The notes below the pieces were generated by a model. That model searched no databases. It worked only from the letters and a program-made list of their open reading frames with translations, and had not been told where the DNA came from. Position numbers and translations under genes: made by a program. Below are positions 38,777 through 49,249 of a stretch of DNA of 64,000 bases, in pieces. The stretch's first letter is position 1. Each line of letters starts with the position of its first letter. Origin of the DNA: an uncultured Clostridia bacterium (GTDB taxonomy: Bacteria > Bacillota > Clostridia > Oscillospirales > CAG-382); contig CAMZED010000001.1 in the NCBI GenBank assembly GCA_947305675.1, positions 1,589-65,588 on the forward strand, written 5' to 3'.

Positions 38777-39403
38777 TTATTTCTTAACCGGGGAGATAAT
38801 GACTTTTCTGTCGACTCCCTCGCCGACCGAGCGCGTCGTAACGCCTTCAATATTCTGGCATTCGGCGTGGATAATGCGGCGCTCATAGGCATTCATCGGT
38901 TCCAAAGCGAAGCTCTTTTTGTATTTAAGCACCTTTTCGGACATCCTGCGCGCAACACCGCGAAGTGTTTCGGCGCGTTTTTCGCGGTAGCCGCGAATGT
39001 CCACGTTGACGCGGTAAAAATCCTCTTTTCCGAGGTTTGCCGAAATGGTGGTAAGGTACTGAATTGCGTCGAGCACGTCGCCGCGGCGGCCGATAAGCAG
39101 CCCGAGCGAATCGCCGTTGACGTTTATCGAAATGCCGTCCTCTTCCTTTTCGGTAACGACAACTTCTGCTTCAAGATCCATATTTTTAACGAGATTTTCA
39201 AGAAAATCGACCGCTCTCGTCGCGGGGGTTTCTTTAAGCGTGACAGTGACCTTCGCGTCGCTCGCGCCGATGCCGAGTATGCCTCTTTTGGGCTCCTCGA
39301 TCACTTCGTATTCGACTTCGTCAACGCCGACGCCGAGTTGTTCGCATGCCGAATTCACCGCCTGTTCAACGGTCTTTTCGGAAACTGTAACTTGTTTTAA
39401 CAT
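38777..39403 (-). CDS. jag: Jag/KhpB RNA-binding protein (Jag_N, KH, R3H)
   Basis: Jag_N start MLKQVTVSEKTVEQAV, a KH-like middle region, and R3H ..MNAYERRIIHAE. Lies downstream of yidC. Confidence 0.9.
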   Translation of the reverse strand: MLKQVTVSEKTVEQAVNSACEQLGVGVDEVEYEVIEEPKRGILGIGASDAKVTVTLKETPATRAVDFLENLVKNMDLEAEVVVTEKEEDGISINVNGDSLGLLIGRRGDVLDAIQYLTTISANLGKEDFYRVNVDIRGYREKRAETLRGVARRMSEKVLKYKKSFALEPMNAYERRIIHAECQNIEGVTTRSVGEGVDRKVIISPVKK

Positions 39404-39406
39404 AAA

Positions 39407-40747
39407 TCATTCTTCCTCTTTGTTATCTTCGCCCGCGGGTTCGTCAGCCCGGTTTTTCTCGGGCAGATCGTTTTCGTCGGCGGAAAGCATTTCAATACGG
39501 CTTGCTCTGTGCGCGGCACCGGACGAGCCGCCGTTTTTAACTACAAGTTCGTCATACGAGGTGTCGTCCTCGTCAACTTCAATGGTTATCCTCTTCTTTT
39601 TGCCGGGTTTTGCGCTGCCTTTAAGTTCTTTCTTTGCTTCGGCGATCTGTTCGGGGGTGACCCTCGGGATAGGCATGACTTTGTTTATAATAAGCGCTTT
39701 TACCATATCCAAAAGCGTTCTCCAGATCCAGTAAACGCCCATTGCGGCCGGCCACTGGAACGAGATTACCGCGCTTATAAGCGGCATGCCGACTTCCATA
39801 AACAGACCGCTGCCGACAGGCTTGCCGTTCGGACCGGGGACGCCGGGAACGAGCTTGCGGTTGAGTTTGAGCGAGAAGAACTGGGTAAGGAATACCAATA
39901 CCGGAACAAAAAGCAGCCAGGCGTGCGCGCCGAAATCTGAAGTATCGAGCAGGCTCAACCCGAAAATGTGGAAATCGGGAAGCTGTTCGGAATAAGCGGC
40001 AAAATTATATTCGCCGTAAACCGTTTTTATTTCGGCGGGGAGATACCCCTTTTCGATCATGGCGTCGAGATCCTCGCCGCCGTCGACGATAAGTTTTGCA
40101 AGATAAAGCTCGCCGGTGCTTGTGCTTTTGTCGAATTCATAAACCGTAACGCCGGATTCGGTCTTTACCTCGACGTCTTTGTTATCGGCGTTCTTTTCGG
40201 TTTTGATCTTTCCGCCCAAGCGGACCTGAAGCGATTCGAGTTCGCTTATTTGTTTGTTGTAATCGCCGACGTCTTCATACGCGTCTTTTATAAGCTCTTC
40301 TTTCTCGGCCTGATAAAACTCAACGGCGTTTTTGGAAAACCTGTCGATAAACCCGCTGTCGGATTTTGTGATATCGCTGGCATAGCTGATCGGCTGGCGA
40401 ACGATGGCATAAAGAATAAAGATAAGCGGCAGAGTGATAAGCATGGGAAGGCACCCGGAAAACTGGCTGTACCCGCTTTTCTGGTACATTTCCTGGATCT
40501 CCATGTTCATCTTCTGCATGGTGGCACGGTCGGTCCTGCCTTTATACTGTTCGCGGATCGCCATTTCCATCGGGCGGACTTTTGCCGCCATGATCTGTGA
40601 TTTTTGCTGTTTGATATAAACCGGGATCATTATTACCTGCAGCGCAAGGGCAAAAAACAGCAGCGCAAGGGCATATTTGTTCCCGGTGATAAAGAGACAT
40701 CCCTTCATCAAATAAGAAAACGGCACATAAATAAATTCAAAACTCAT
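39407..40747 (-). CDS. yidC: YidC/Oxa1-family membrane insertase (long form, 446 aa)
   Basis: LLFFALALQVIMIPVYIKQQKS...MQKMNMEIQEMYQKSGYSQFSGCLPMLITLPL.. is the conserved core. Extra loop of ~135 aa and a ~100-aa charged tail. Confidence 0.85.
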   Translation of the reverse strand: MSFEFIYVPFSYLMKGCLFITGNKYALALLFFALALQVIMIPVYIKQQKSQIMAAKVRPMEMAIREQYKGRTDRATMQKMNMEIQEMYQKSGYSQFSGCLPMLITLPLIFILYAIVRQPISYASDITKSDSGFIDRFSKNAVEFYQAEKEELIKDAYEDVGDYNKQISELESLQVRLGGKIKTEKNADNKDVEVKTESGVTVYEFDKSTSTGELYLAKLIVDGGEDLDAMIEKGYLPAEIKTVYGEYNFAAYSEQLPDFHIFGLSLLDTSDFGAHAWLLFVPVLVFLTQFFSLKLNRKLVPGVPGPNGKPVGSGLFMEVGMPLISAVISFQWPAAMGVYWIWRTLLDMVKALIINKVMPIPRVTPEQIAEAKKELKGSAKPGKKKRITIEVDEDDTSYDELVVKNGGSSGAAHRASRIEMLSADENDLPEKNRADEPAGEDNKEEE

Positions 40748-40759
40748 AGATCATTACTC

Positions 40760-41071
40760 CTAATCGACCGTGTCGTTGTCGTTGCCGCATCCGCAGCGGC
40801 AATCCCTGTTTTCGTTTTCCCGGCGCATTCTTTCGCGGCGCGATAAAGGGACCGGATCGTATCCGCCTTTGCAAAACGGATTACAGCGCAGCAAACGCCA
40901 CACGCTGAGCGCCGTCCCGATAAATATTCCCCGCTCGGTTATTGCCTCGACGGCATAAGCCGAACAAGTGGGGTAAAAGCGGCAGCATCGCGCGCGGTAG
41001 GGTGAAACGTTTTTCTGATAAAACCGTATCGGATAAATAAAAATCTTGCGTAAAAATCTGCTTATCTTCAT
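40760..41071 (-). CDS. yidD: membrane protein insertion efficiency factor YidD
   Basis: IYPIRFYQKNVSPYRARCCRFYPTCSAYAVEAI..RCNPFCKGGYDPVP. Start ATG 41071 forms an ATGA overlap with the rnpA stop. The track ORF 40760..41359 is over-extended. Confidence 0.85.
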   Translation of the reverse strand: MKISRFLRKIFIYPIRFYQKNVSPYRARCCRFYPTCSAYAVEAITERGIFIGTALSVWRLLRCNPFCKGGYDPVPLSRRERMRRENENRDCRCGCGNDNDTVD

Positions 41072-41430
41072 TCCGACCGCCCGTCCGTTAAAAGCGCCGC
41101 CTTGTCCAAAATATGTTCCAGCTCGCTCATAACGTCCGGAAGACGGGCGTCGATACAGGGCTGTCTGGCGACTATGACGATAATGAACCCCTTTTTTACA
41201 AAAGGATGGAACGCACGGTAGGATTCGCGTATAATACGCTTTGCGCGGTTGCGCTTCACGGCTTTGCCGCGGCTTTTCGATACGGTTATCCCCACAAGGG
41301 TGCTTTCTTTGTCGCGGTTGTTCAGAACGTAAACCGCAACGGTTTTTGCGGAAAAACACCTGCCCTTCCGGTATGCCCGCGCGAACAGGTGGTTTTCCTT
41401 TAAGGTCGTAACCTTGCCGGAGTTATTCAT
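41068..41430 (-). CDS. rnpA: ribonuclease P protein component
   Basis: LKENHLFARAYRKG....GITVSKSRGKAVKRNRAKRIIRESYR. Confidence 0.9.
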   Translation of the reverse strand: MNNSGKVTTLKENHLFARAYRKGRCFSAKTVAVYVLNNRDKESTLVGITVSKSRGKAVKRNRAKRIIRESYRAFHPFVKKGFIIVIVARQPCIDARLPDVMSELEHILDKAALLTDGRSE

Positions 41431-41443
41431 ATACCCCTTTAGA

Positions 41444-41578
41444 TCAATAGGTGAGCCTTACTCTGCCTTTTGCACGTCTTCTTTTAAGAACCTTCCTGCC
41501 GTTGGCGGTAGCCATTCTCTTTCTGAATCCGTGTTCTGCTTTTCTGTGCCTTTTTTTGGGTTGGTACGTTCTGAGCAT
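41444..41578 (-). CDS. rpmH: 50S ribosomal protein L34
   Basis: Below the track size cut-off. Reverse complement reads [44 protein letters not shown], with AAAGGAGGA RBS. Confidence 0.95.
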   Translation of the reverse strand: MLRTYQPKKRHRKAEHGFRKRMATANGRKVLKRRRAKGRVRLTY

Positions 41579-41668
41579 AGCCGTATCCTCCTTTAAAATA
41601 TCTTTTTATTTTTTCACAAACTGAATTTGCCGCCGCCGGGTCTTTGTTTCCATAATGCGGCAAATTGT

Positions 41669-41698
41669 ATTATATAACGAAACCGGGCGGTTTGTCAA
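41669..41698 (-). promoter_or_regulatory. sigma-A promoter of rpmH-rnpA-yidD-yidC-jag
   Basis: Minus strand: TTGACA (41698-41693), 16-18 nt, TATATAAT. The -35 element overlaps the stop codon of the upstream GT gene. Confidence 0.6.
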
Positions 41699-43101
41699 GG
41701 ACAATTGACAATTTTTTGCTCCGTATTTTTCATCTTCGGCAGAAGAGCGGCAAAAAGCGCGCCGGTAACAACGGTAAGCGCGATATATCTGAAGTCCATT
41801 GTGCAGAAATGGGGGTATTTAAAGCAGAACGCCGTGTAGGAAACGATCTGCGTCGCGGTGAAAATAAGCATTGCGGTGATCTCCGCCGGGGAAAAACCGT
41901 AACCGAAGCCTTTTTCGGGGTGCAAAGTACGGTTTGCCGTTCTTATTATCATTGCGACCGCTCCGGCGACCGCGGCAATGCAGAACAGCACGGCGATTAT
42001 AAACGCCGCCGCCGCGAAAACATAGGTCAGGGCGTTATCGGCGCCGATATAATATTCGCCGTAAAGCGAGCTTTTCAAAGCACCTAACGGAATGTTGTAT
42101 TCGAAATATTCAAACCCGTAACGTTCGATAAGCGTTTTTGTGGCGCGCGCCGGGAAAACGCCGTTGTCGAACAGCGATGAAAAATCGAAAAACCGTTCGA
42201 AAACACTGCGGAACCCGATATACTGACTGCTTTTTTCCGAAAGCGCCGGGATATAAAGCGGATCAGCGCCGAAAAGCACGTAATTTCTTATTTGCCACCA
42301 CAGCGCAAGCGGAACGCAAACCGCGCCGAAAACAGCAAACTGCCCGAAAATACGGCATTTTTGCCTGCTTTTTATGAATTTCACAAGGAACAGAAACGCA
42401 ATGGCGACAGCGACCGTACCCGCCGAAAGCTTTGCCATCATCGCACAGCCGACCGATACCGCAACGGCGGTTATCCGCTTAAAAGTCGGCTCACGGTACC
42501 ATTTTATCGCCAGATAAAGCGACAGAAGCATAAGTAAAAGCGACAAAACGTCGTTATTTATGCTCCCCGAAAGGAATACGAAGGTCGGGTGGAATATTAC
42601 CAAAGCCGAAGCCAGAATAAGTCTTTTGCCTTTTAAACCGAAAAGTTCGAACAGTTTTACCGAAATAAAAGATATAAGCGTTGAGCAGACCAGCGAAAGG
42701 ATCTGAAGGTTCTCACGCGCGGATTCAAAAGATATTCCCAGTGCAAGTTGGATCTTCATCCACACGGCGCAGATAAAATGCCACAGCGGAGGATGATAAA
42801 ACTGCCAGTGGTTGTCGGTCACGTTGAAATCCGGCAAAAAGAAGCTGAAAAAACCCGATGATCCGACGTCGTCGGCGGAAATGCTTCCGTTCATAAGATA
42901 AAGAACATAGGCGAAATGCCCCTCTTTATCGGCGACGTCGTGCTGGCGGATGTTCCAGCCGGTGTTTATTATATAAGCCAGTTTTATCAAAAACCCGGCA
43001 AGCAGCAGGAAAAAAATTATTTTTCTGTCGGTTATCTTAATATTTTTGAGCCTTTTGAAAATATTCAACTTACAGCCCCCTATCCGATCCTTTTTGATCA
43101 T
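41695..43101 (-). CDS. polytopic membrane protein, ArnT/PMT-like (GT-C, family 39-like) glycosyltransferase
   Basis: About 12 predicted TM helices, with an early loop ..RQHDVADKEGHFAY.. Start may be TTG 43068, which follows AGGGGG. Family call is by topology and pattern only. Confidence 0.55.
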   Translation of the reverse strand: MIKKDRIGGCKLNIFKRLKNIKITDRKIIFFLLLAGFLIKLAYIINTGWNIRQHDVADKEGHFAYVLYLMNGSISADDVGSSGFFSFFLPDFNVTDNHWQFYHPPLWHFICAVWMKIQLALGISFESARENLQILSLVCSTLISFISVKLFELFGLKGKRLILASALVIFHPTFVFLSGSINNDVLSLLLMLLSLYLAIKWYREPTFKRITAVAVSVGCAMMAKLSAGTVAVAIAFLFLVKFIKSRQKCRIFGQFAVFGAVCVPLALWWQIRNYVLFGADPLYIPALSEKSSQYIGFRSVFERFFDFSSLFDNGVFPARATKTLIERYGFEYFEYNIPLGALKSSLYGEYYIGADNALTYVFAAAAFIIAVLFCIAAVAGAVAMIIRTANRTLHPEKGFGYGFSPAEITAMLIFTATQIVSYTAFCFKYPHFCTMDFRYIALTVVTGALFAALLPKMKNTEQKIVNCP

Positions 43102-43162
43102 TATAATTTAAAACTTCTTTAAAGTCAACCGCAAAAAAACTATCATTATTATAATATATATC

Positions 43163-43191
43163 TTGCAATTTGATCATTTATCTGTTATAAT
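43163..43191 (+). promoter_or_regulatory. sigma-A promoter of dnaA
   Basis: TTGCAA (43163-43168), 17 nt, TGT-TATAAT (43186-43191). Confidence 0.6.
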
Positions 43192-43231
43192 TAATCGAAT
43201 AGATATCGCCAATAAAAAAAGGGCACAGTAT

Positions 43232-44566
43232 ATGGAACAAAACGAGTATAAACAAATCTACGGTTTTGTCATCGATTCGCTTAAAAAGAATTATTCCGCG
43301 CCGACGGTAAGCCTTTGGTTCGAACCGATGAAGATCGTTAAACTTAATAACAGTTCGATAACCGTTTCGCTTCCGCAAAACCGCAAAGCGTTCGTCGAAG
43401 CGCAATATTATCAGCAGCTTAAACAGACGTTTGCCGAGGTATTGGGCACCGAGGTCGAACTTGTGCTTGTATCCGAGGAAGAAGAAGCCGAAATGATCTC
43501 CGAAACGCAAAACGAAAACGTTTCTGGAATAAAATCGGAATATAAAATGCGTTACAACCCGGAATACACTTTTAAAAATTTTGTTGTCGGGAAATCAAAT
43601 CAGCTCGCCCAGGCGGTTTCGCTCGCGGTGGCAAACCATCCCGCCGAACTCAACAACCCGCTGTTTTTATACGGCAACTCCGGTCTGGGAAAAACGCACC
43701 TGCTTTTCGCAATAATCAATCATATCCGCGAAAATCATCCCGATTACAAGATCCTTTACGTCACAGGAGAAGAATTTACAAACGAGCTTATTGAATCTCT
43801 TGCACAGAAAAAGCCGATGACCTTCCGCGAAAAATATCGCAATCTCGACGTGCTTCTTATCGACGATATTCAGTTTATCGCCGGAAAGATGTCGGTTCAG
43901 GAAGAATTTTTCCACACGTTTGACACTTTGTTTAAACTGAACAAGCAAATAATTCTTGCGTCGGACCGCGCTCCGTCGCTTATAAACAACCTTGAAGAAC
44001 GGCTTCACAGCCGGTTTATGATGGGTATGATAGCCGACATCCAACCGCCCGACAAAGAATTGCGAATGGCGATTTTCCGCCGCAAAGCGATCGATTACGG
44101 CGTCGATCTTAAAATGGACGTTCTGCTTTATCTTGCCGAAAATATCACAACAAACATCAGGCAGATAGAGGGGTCTCTGAAAAAACTCAAAGCCCACACG
44201 CTCATCACCGGCGAGGAATGTACTCTTCCGGTGGCAAAAGCGGTACTTTCCGACTTTTTCGCCACCGCAAAAAACGACGAAACGATCGTGGACCGCATTT
44301 TCGAATCAGCTTCCAAACGTTACGGCGTTACAAAAGAAGACATAAAAAGCACAAAAAGAAACGCCGAGATCGCAATGGCGCGCCATTATTCTATGTTTCT
44401 TATAAGACAGACAACAAATCTTTCGCTCAATTCCATCGCAAAACTCTTCAACAAAAAAGATCATTCCACGGTCATAAACTCGATCGGCTTTATCGAACGT
44501 AAAATGAAAGCCGAACCGGCTTTTGAACGGGAGATCGAACAAACCGTACAGGAACTCAAAAACTGA
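43232..44566 (+). CDS. dnaA: chromosomal replication initiator protein DnaA
   Basis: NPLFLYGNSGLGKTHLL (Walker A), LLIDDIQF, and C-terminal ..HSTVINSI.. DNA-binding helix. Start moved to ATG 43232. Confidence 0.95.
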   Translation: MEQNEYKQIYGFVIDSLKKNYSAPTVSLWFEPMKIVKLNNSSITVSLPQNRKAFVEAQYYQQLKQTFAEVLGTEVELVLVSEEEEAEMISETQNENVSGIKSEYKMRYNPEYTFKNFVVGKSNQLAQAVSLAVANHPAELNNPLFLYGNSGLGKTHLLFAIINHIRENHPDYKILYVTGEEFTNELIESLAQKKPMTFREKYRNLDVLLIDDIQFIAGKMSVQEEFFHTFDTLFKLNKQIILASDRAPSLINNLEERLHSRFMMGMIADIQPPDKELRMAIFRRKAIDYGVDLKMDVLLYLAENITTNIRQIEGSLKKLKAHTLITGEECTLPVAKAVLSDFFATAKNDETIVDRIFESASKRYGVTKEDIKSTKRNAEIAMARHYSMFLIRQTTNLSLNSIAKLFNKKDHSTVINSIGFIERKMKAEPAFEREIEQTVQELKN

Positions 44567-44589
44567 TCCGGTTTAAACAGGGAATGTTT

Positions 44590-44760
44590 TACGCTTCCAC
44601 AACTTATAAACATTTTTAACACAACGATGCGTTATTAAAACATCGGCTTTTGAACGGTTTTCGGGTTTTACACACAATCCACACGGGCTACTAATACTTA
44701 ATACTACTTTTAAATACATTATCTTACTGTTTTTTGTATTTTTTTACCGTTTTCGGGTAA
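44590..44760 (+). other. oriC unwinding module in the dnaA-dnaN spacer (weak DnaA boxes, GC cluster, DnaA-trio-like repeats, AT-rich DUE)
   Basis: TTTTACACA (44666-44674) and CAATCCACA (44675-44683), then CGGGC, then CTA CTA ATA CTT AAT ACT ACT (complement 3'-GAT GAT TAT GAA TTA TGA-5'), then ~50 bp of >80% AT. Confidence 0.6.
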
Positions 44761-44790
44761 CAATAAAAGTTTTTATCAACGGAGGATACC

Positions 44791-45909
44791 ATGAAGTTTA
44801 TCGCGGACAAAAAAACTTTGCTTTCGCTTATTTTACCGGCGGCAACGGCGGCTTCCAACAAAAGCACGCTTCCCGCTTTGGAAGGATTGCTTTTCAGCTT
44901 AAAAGGCGGCGATCTTACCGTTTGCGGCTATGACCTTGAAAAAGGCGTCCGTACAAGCGGCAGCGTTGTTCCCGGAAACGACGGATCGGTCATTATCAAC
45001 GCGCAAAAAATTACTTCCATCATTAAAAACCTTCCGGAATGTGATATATGCGTCGAATCTGACGAACGGAATATGGTCCGTATTTCGGGCGGAATGAGCG
45101 AATTTACCATTCACGGTGTAACGCCGGAAGCGTTCCCCAACCTGCCTTCGCTCGGCGGCGAAAACTCTTTTAACATTTCGCGTTCGCTTATGAAAGATAT
45201 CATAAATTCAACTGTGTTCGCGGTCGCCCAAAGCGAGGCGCGTCCGATACTCACCGGCGAACTGTTTATGATCGAGAACAGAACTCTTACCGTAGTCGCG
45301 CTCGATAACTTCAGGCTTGCATTAAGGATCGAAAAAAACTGCGTTTTCGATAACGACAACAAGTTTTCGTTCGTCGTTCCCGGCAAAGCTCTTTCGGATC
45401 TTGCAAGGCTGCTTGACGACAGCGAAGAACCCCTTACGGTCGAATTTACCGCAAAATATATAATTTTCAAGATCGGCGAAATGATTTTCTTCTCCAGGCT
45501 TTTGGAGGGCGAATATCTCGATTACAAACGCGCGCTTCCCAACAACAACAAAATTTTCGCCGCTGTCAAAAGGTCGGAGTTCATCGAAAGCGCCGAACGG
45601 GCTTCGCTGCTTGTCGATGAAAAATTGCGCACCCCGTTAAGGTGCCGTTTCGAGGACGGAAACCTTAACATCTCCTGCAGCACCCAATACGGCAGCGTGA
45701 ACGACAATTTAAAAATATCCAAACAGGGCGACGATATAGAGATCGGCTTCAACAACCGTTATCTGCTCGACGCGCTGCGCGCCTGCAAAGACGAAAAATT
45801 AATGGTTTCCATGTCTACTCCTCTTATGAGCATGATAGTTGAACCCGAAAAAAAAGATCCCAACAGCAGTTATACCTATCTTGTGCTTCCGGTCAAATTA
45901 AAAGACTGA
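44791..45909 (+). CDS. dnaN: DNA polymerase III beta sliding clamp
   Basis: MKFIADKKTLL..LPALEGLLF..; 372 aa; directly downstream of dnaA. Confidence 0.95.
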   Translation: MKFIADKKTLLSLILPAATAASNKSTLPALEGLLFSLKGGDLTVCGYDLEKGVRTSGSVVPGNDGSVIINAQKITSIIKNLPECDICVESDERNMVRISGGMSEFTIHGVTPEAFPNLPSLGGENSFNISRSLMKDIINSTVFAVAQSEARPILTGELFMIENRTLTVVALDNFRLALRIEKNCVFDNDNKFSFVVPGKALSDLARLLDDSEEPLTVEFTAKYIIFKIGEMIFFSRLLEGEYLDYKRALPNNNKIFAAVKRSEFIESAERASLLVDEKLRTPLRCRFEDGNLNISCSTQYGSVNDNLKISKQGDDIEIGFNNRYLLDALRACKDEKLMVSMSTPLMSMIVEPEKKDPNSSYTYLVLPVKLKD

Positions 45910-45917
45910 TATATTCG

Positions 45918-47003
45918 ATGAACGTTAAACAGTTGACCGTAAGAAATTTCCGGAACGCCGAAGAAAACATTATAACCTTCGACCCCGGCGTGAATATAAT
46001 CTGCGGCGAAAACGCCGCCGGAAAAACCAATCTGCTCGAGGCTGTGTTTTATTTCGCCGCCGGCAAGAGCTTCAGAAACTGCAAAGACCGCGAACTTATA
46101 AGATTCGGATGTGAAAGCGCCAATATAGAAATTGTTTTTTCCGATGAAAACGGGGTCGAAAAAAAAATGTCCGCCGCGATCGGCAAAAATTTCCGCCGCG
46201 TGATAAAGATCGGAGAATACAGAATAACAAAACTTTCGGAATATCTCGGTCTTTTCCGCGCGGTGATCTTCACGCCAGACCATCTTAACCTTGTAAAAGG
46301 CGCGCCCGAAAACCGCCGCAGGTTTTTGGATATGGCGATCTGCCAGTCGTTCCCGAAATACGCTCAGTCGCTTTCGGAATACAACAAGTGCGTCGCCCAG
46401 AAAAACGCTCTTTTAAAGCGCGGCGCCGCCGACGACCTGCTTTTGGAAGTATATAACGAACGTATCGCTTCGCTTTCGGGTTCGATAACCGTAAACCGGA
46501 AGAAATATACTTTGAGGCTCGAGGAAGAGGCGGCAAAATTTCTTGACGATATGAGCGGCGGCAGGGAAAAATTAAGGTGCGAATATCGCGCTCAATGCGG
46601 CGAAGCCGATACCGCCGAAGAAATACGCGAAAAATACCGCGTTATATTAAAAGACCGTCTCGCCGCCGAAAAAGAGCGCGCTCAGGCGCTTTACGGCGCC
46701 CACAAAGACGATTTTAACGTGACTCTTAACCGCCGCAGTGCAAAGATATACGGCTCGCAGGGGCAGCAGCGCAGCGCGGTTCTGGCGCTTAAACTTGCCG
46801 AAGGGGAATTGAGCGCAAGGCTTACCGGCGAATATCCGGTGTTTCTGCTTGACGATATCCTTTCGGAGCTCGACGCGGGAAGAAAGGAATATATCCTTTC
46901 GCGGCTGGATGGCAGACAGGTCATAATTACCGGCTGCGAAAGCGAGATTTTCGGCCTGGAAGGCAAAAACCGCGTATTTGTAAAAGACGGAAAGACAGAA
47001 TGA
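45918..47003 (+). CDS. recF: DNA replication/repair protein RecF
   Basis: FRNAEE..ICGENAAGKTNLLEA (Walker A)..GSQGQQRS..LLDDILSELD. Confidence 0.95.
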   Translation: MNVKQLTVRNFRNAEENIITFDPGVNIICGENAAGKTNLLEAVFYFAAGKSFRNCKDRELIRFGCESANIEIVFSDENGVEKKMSAAIGKNFRRVIKIGEYRITKLSEYLGLFRAVIFTPDHLNLVKGAPENRRRFLDMAICQSFPKYAQSLSEYNKCVAQKNALLKRGAADDLLLEVYNERIASLSGSITVNRKKYTLRLEEEAAKFLDDMSGGREKLRCEYRAQCGEADTAEEIREKYRVILKDRLAAEKERAQALYGAHKDDFNVTLNRRSAKIYGSQGQQRSAVLALKLAEGELSARLTGEYPVFLLDDILSELDAGRKEYILSRLDGRQVIITGCESEIFGLEGKNRVFVKDGKTE

Positions 47004-47004
47004 T

Positions 47005-49232
<2,228 letters not shown>

Positions 49233-49249
49233 TGTAATAAGGAGTTATT

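Noticed and set aside
43909-43917. Isolated TTTTCCACA boxes inside coding regions (3958 in the XRE gene, 11823 in scpA, 43909 in dnaA)
   Set aside because: These are single one-mismatch boxes inside ORFs, as expected by chance or dictated by the protein sequence (EEFFHTF in DnaA). They are not clustered.
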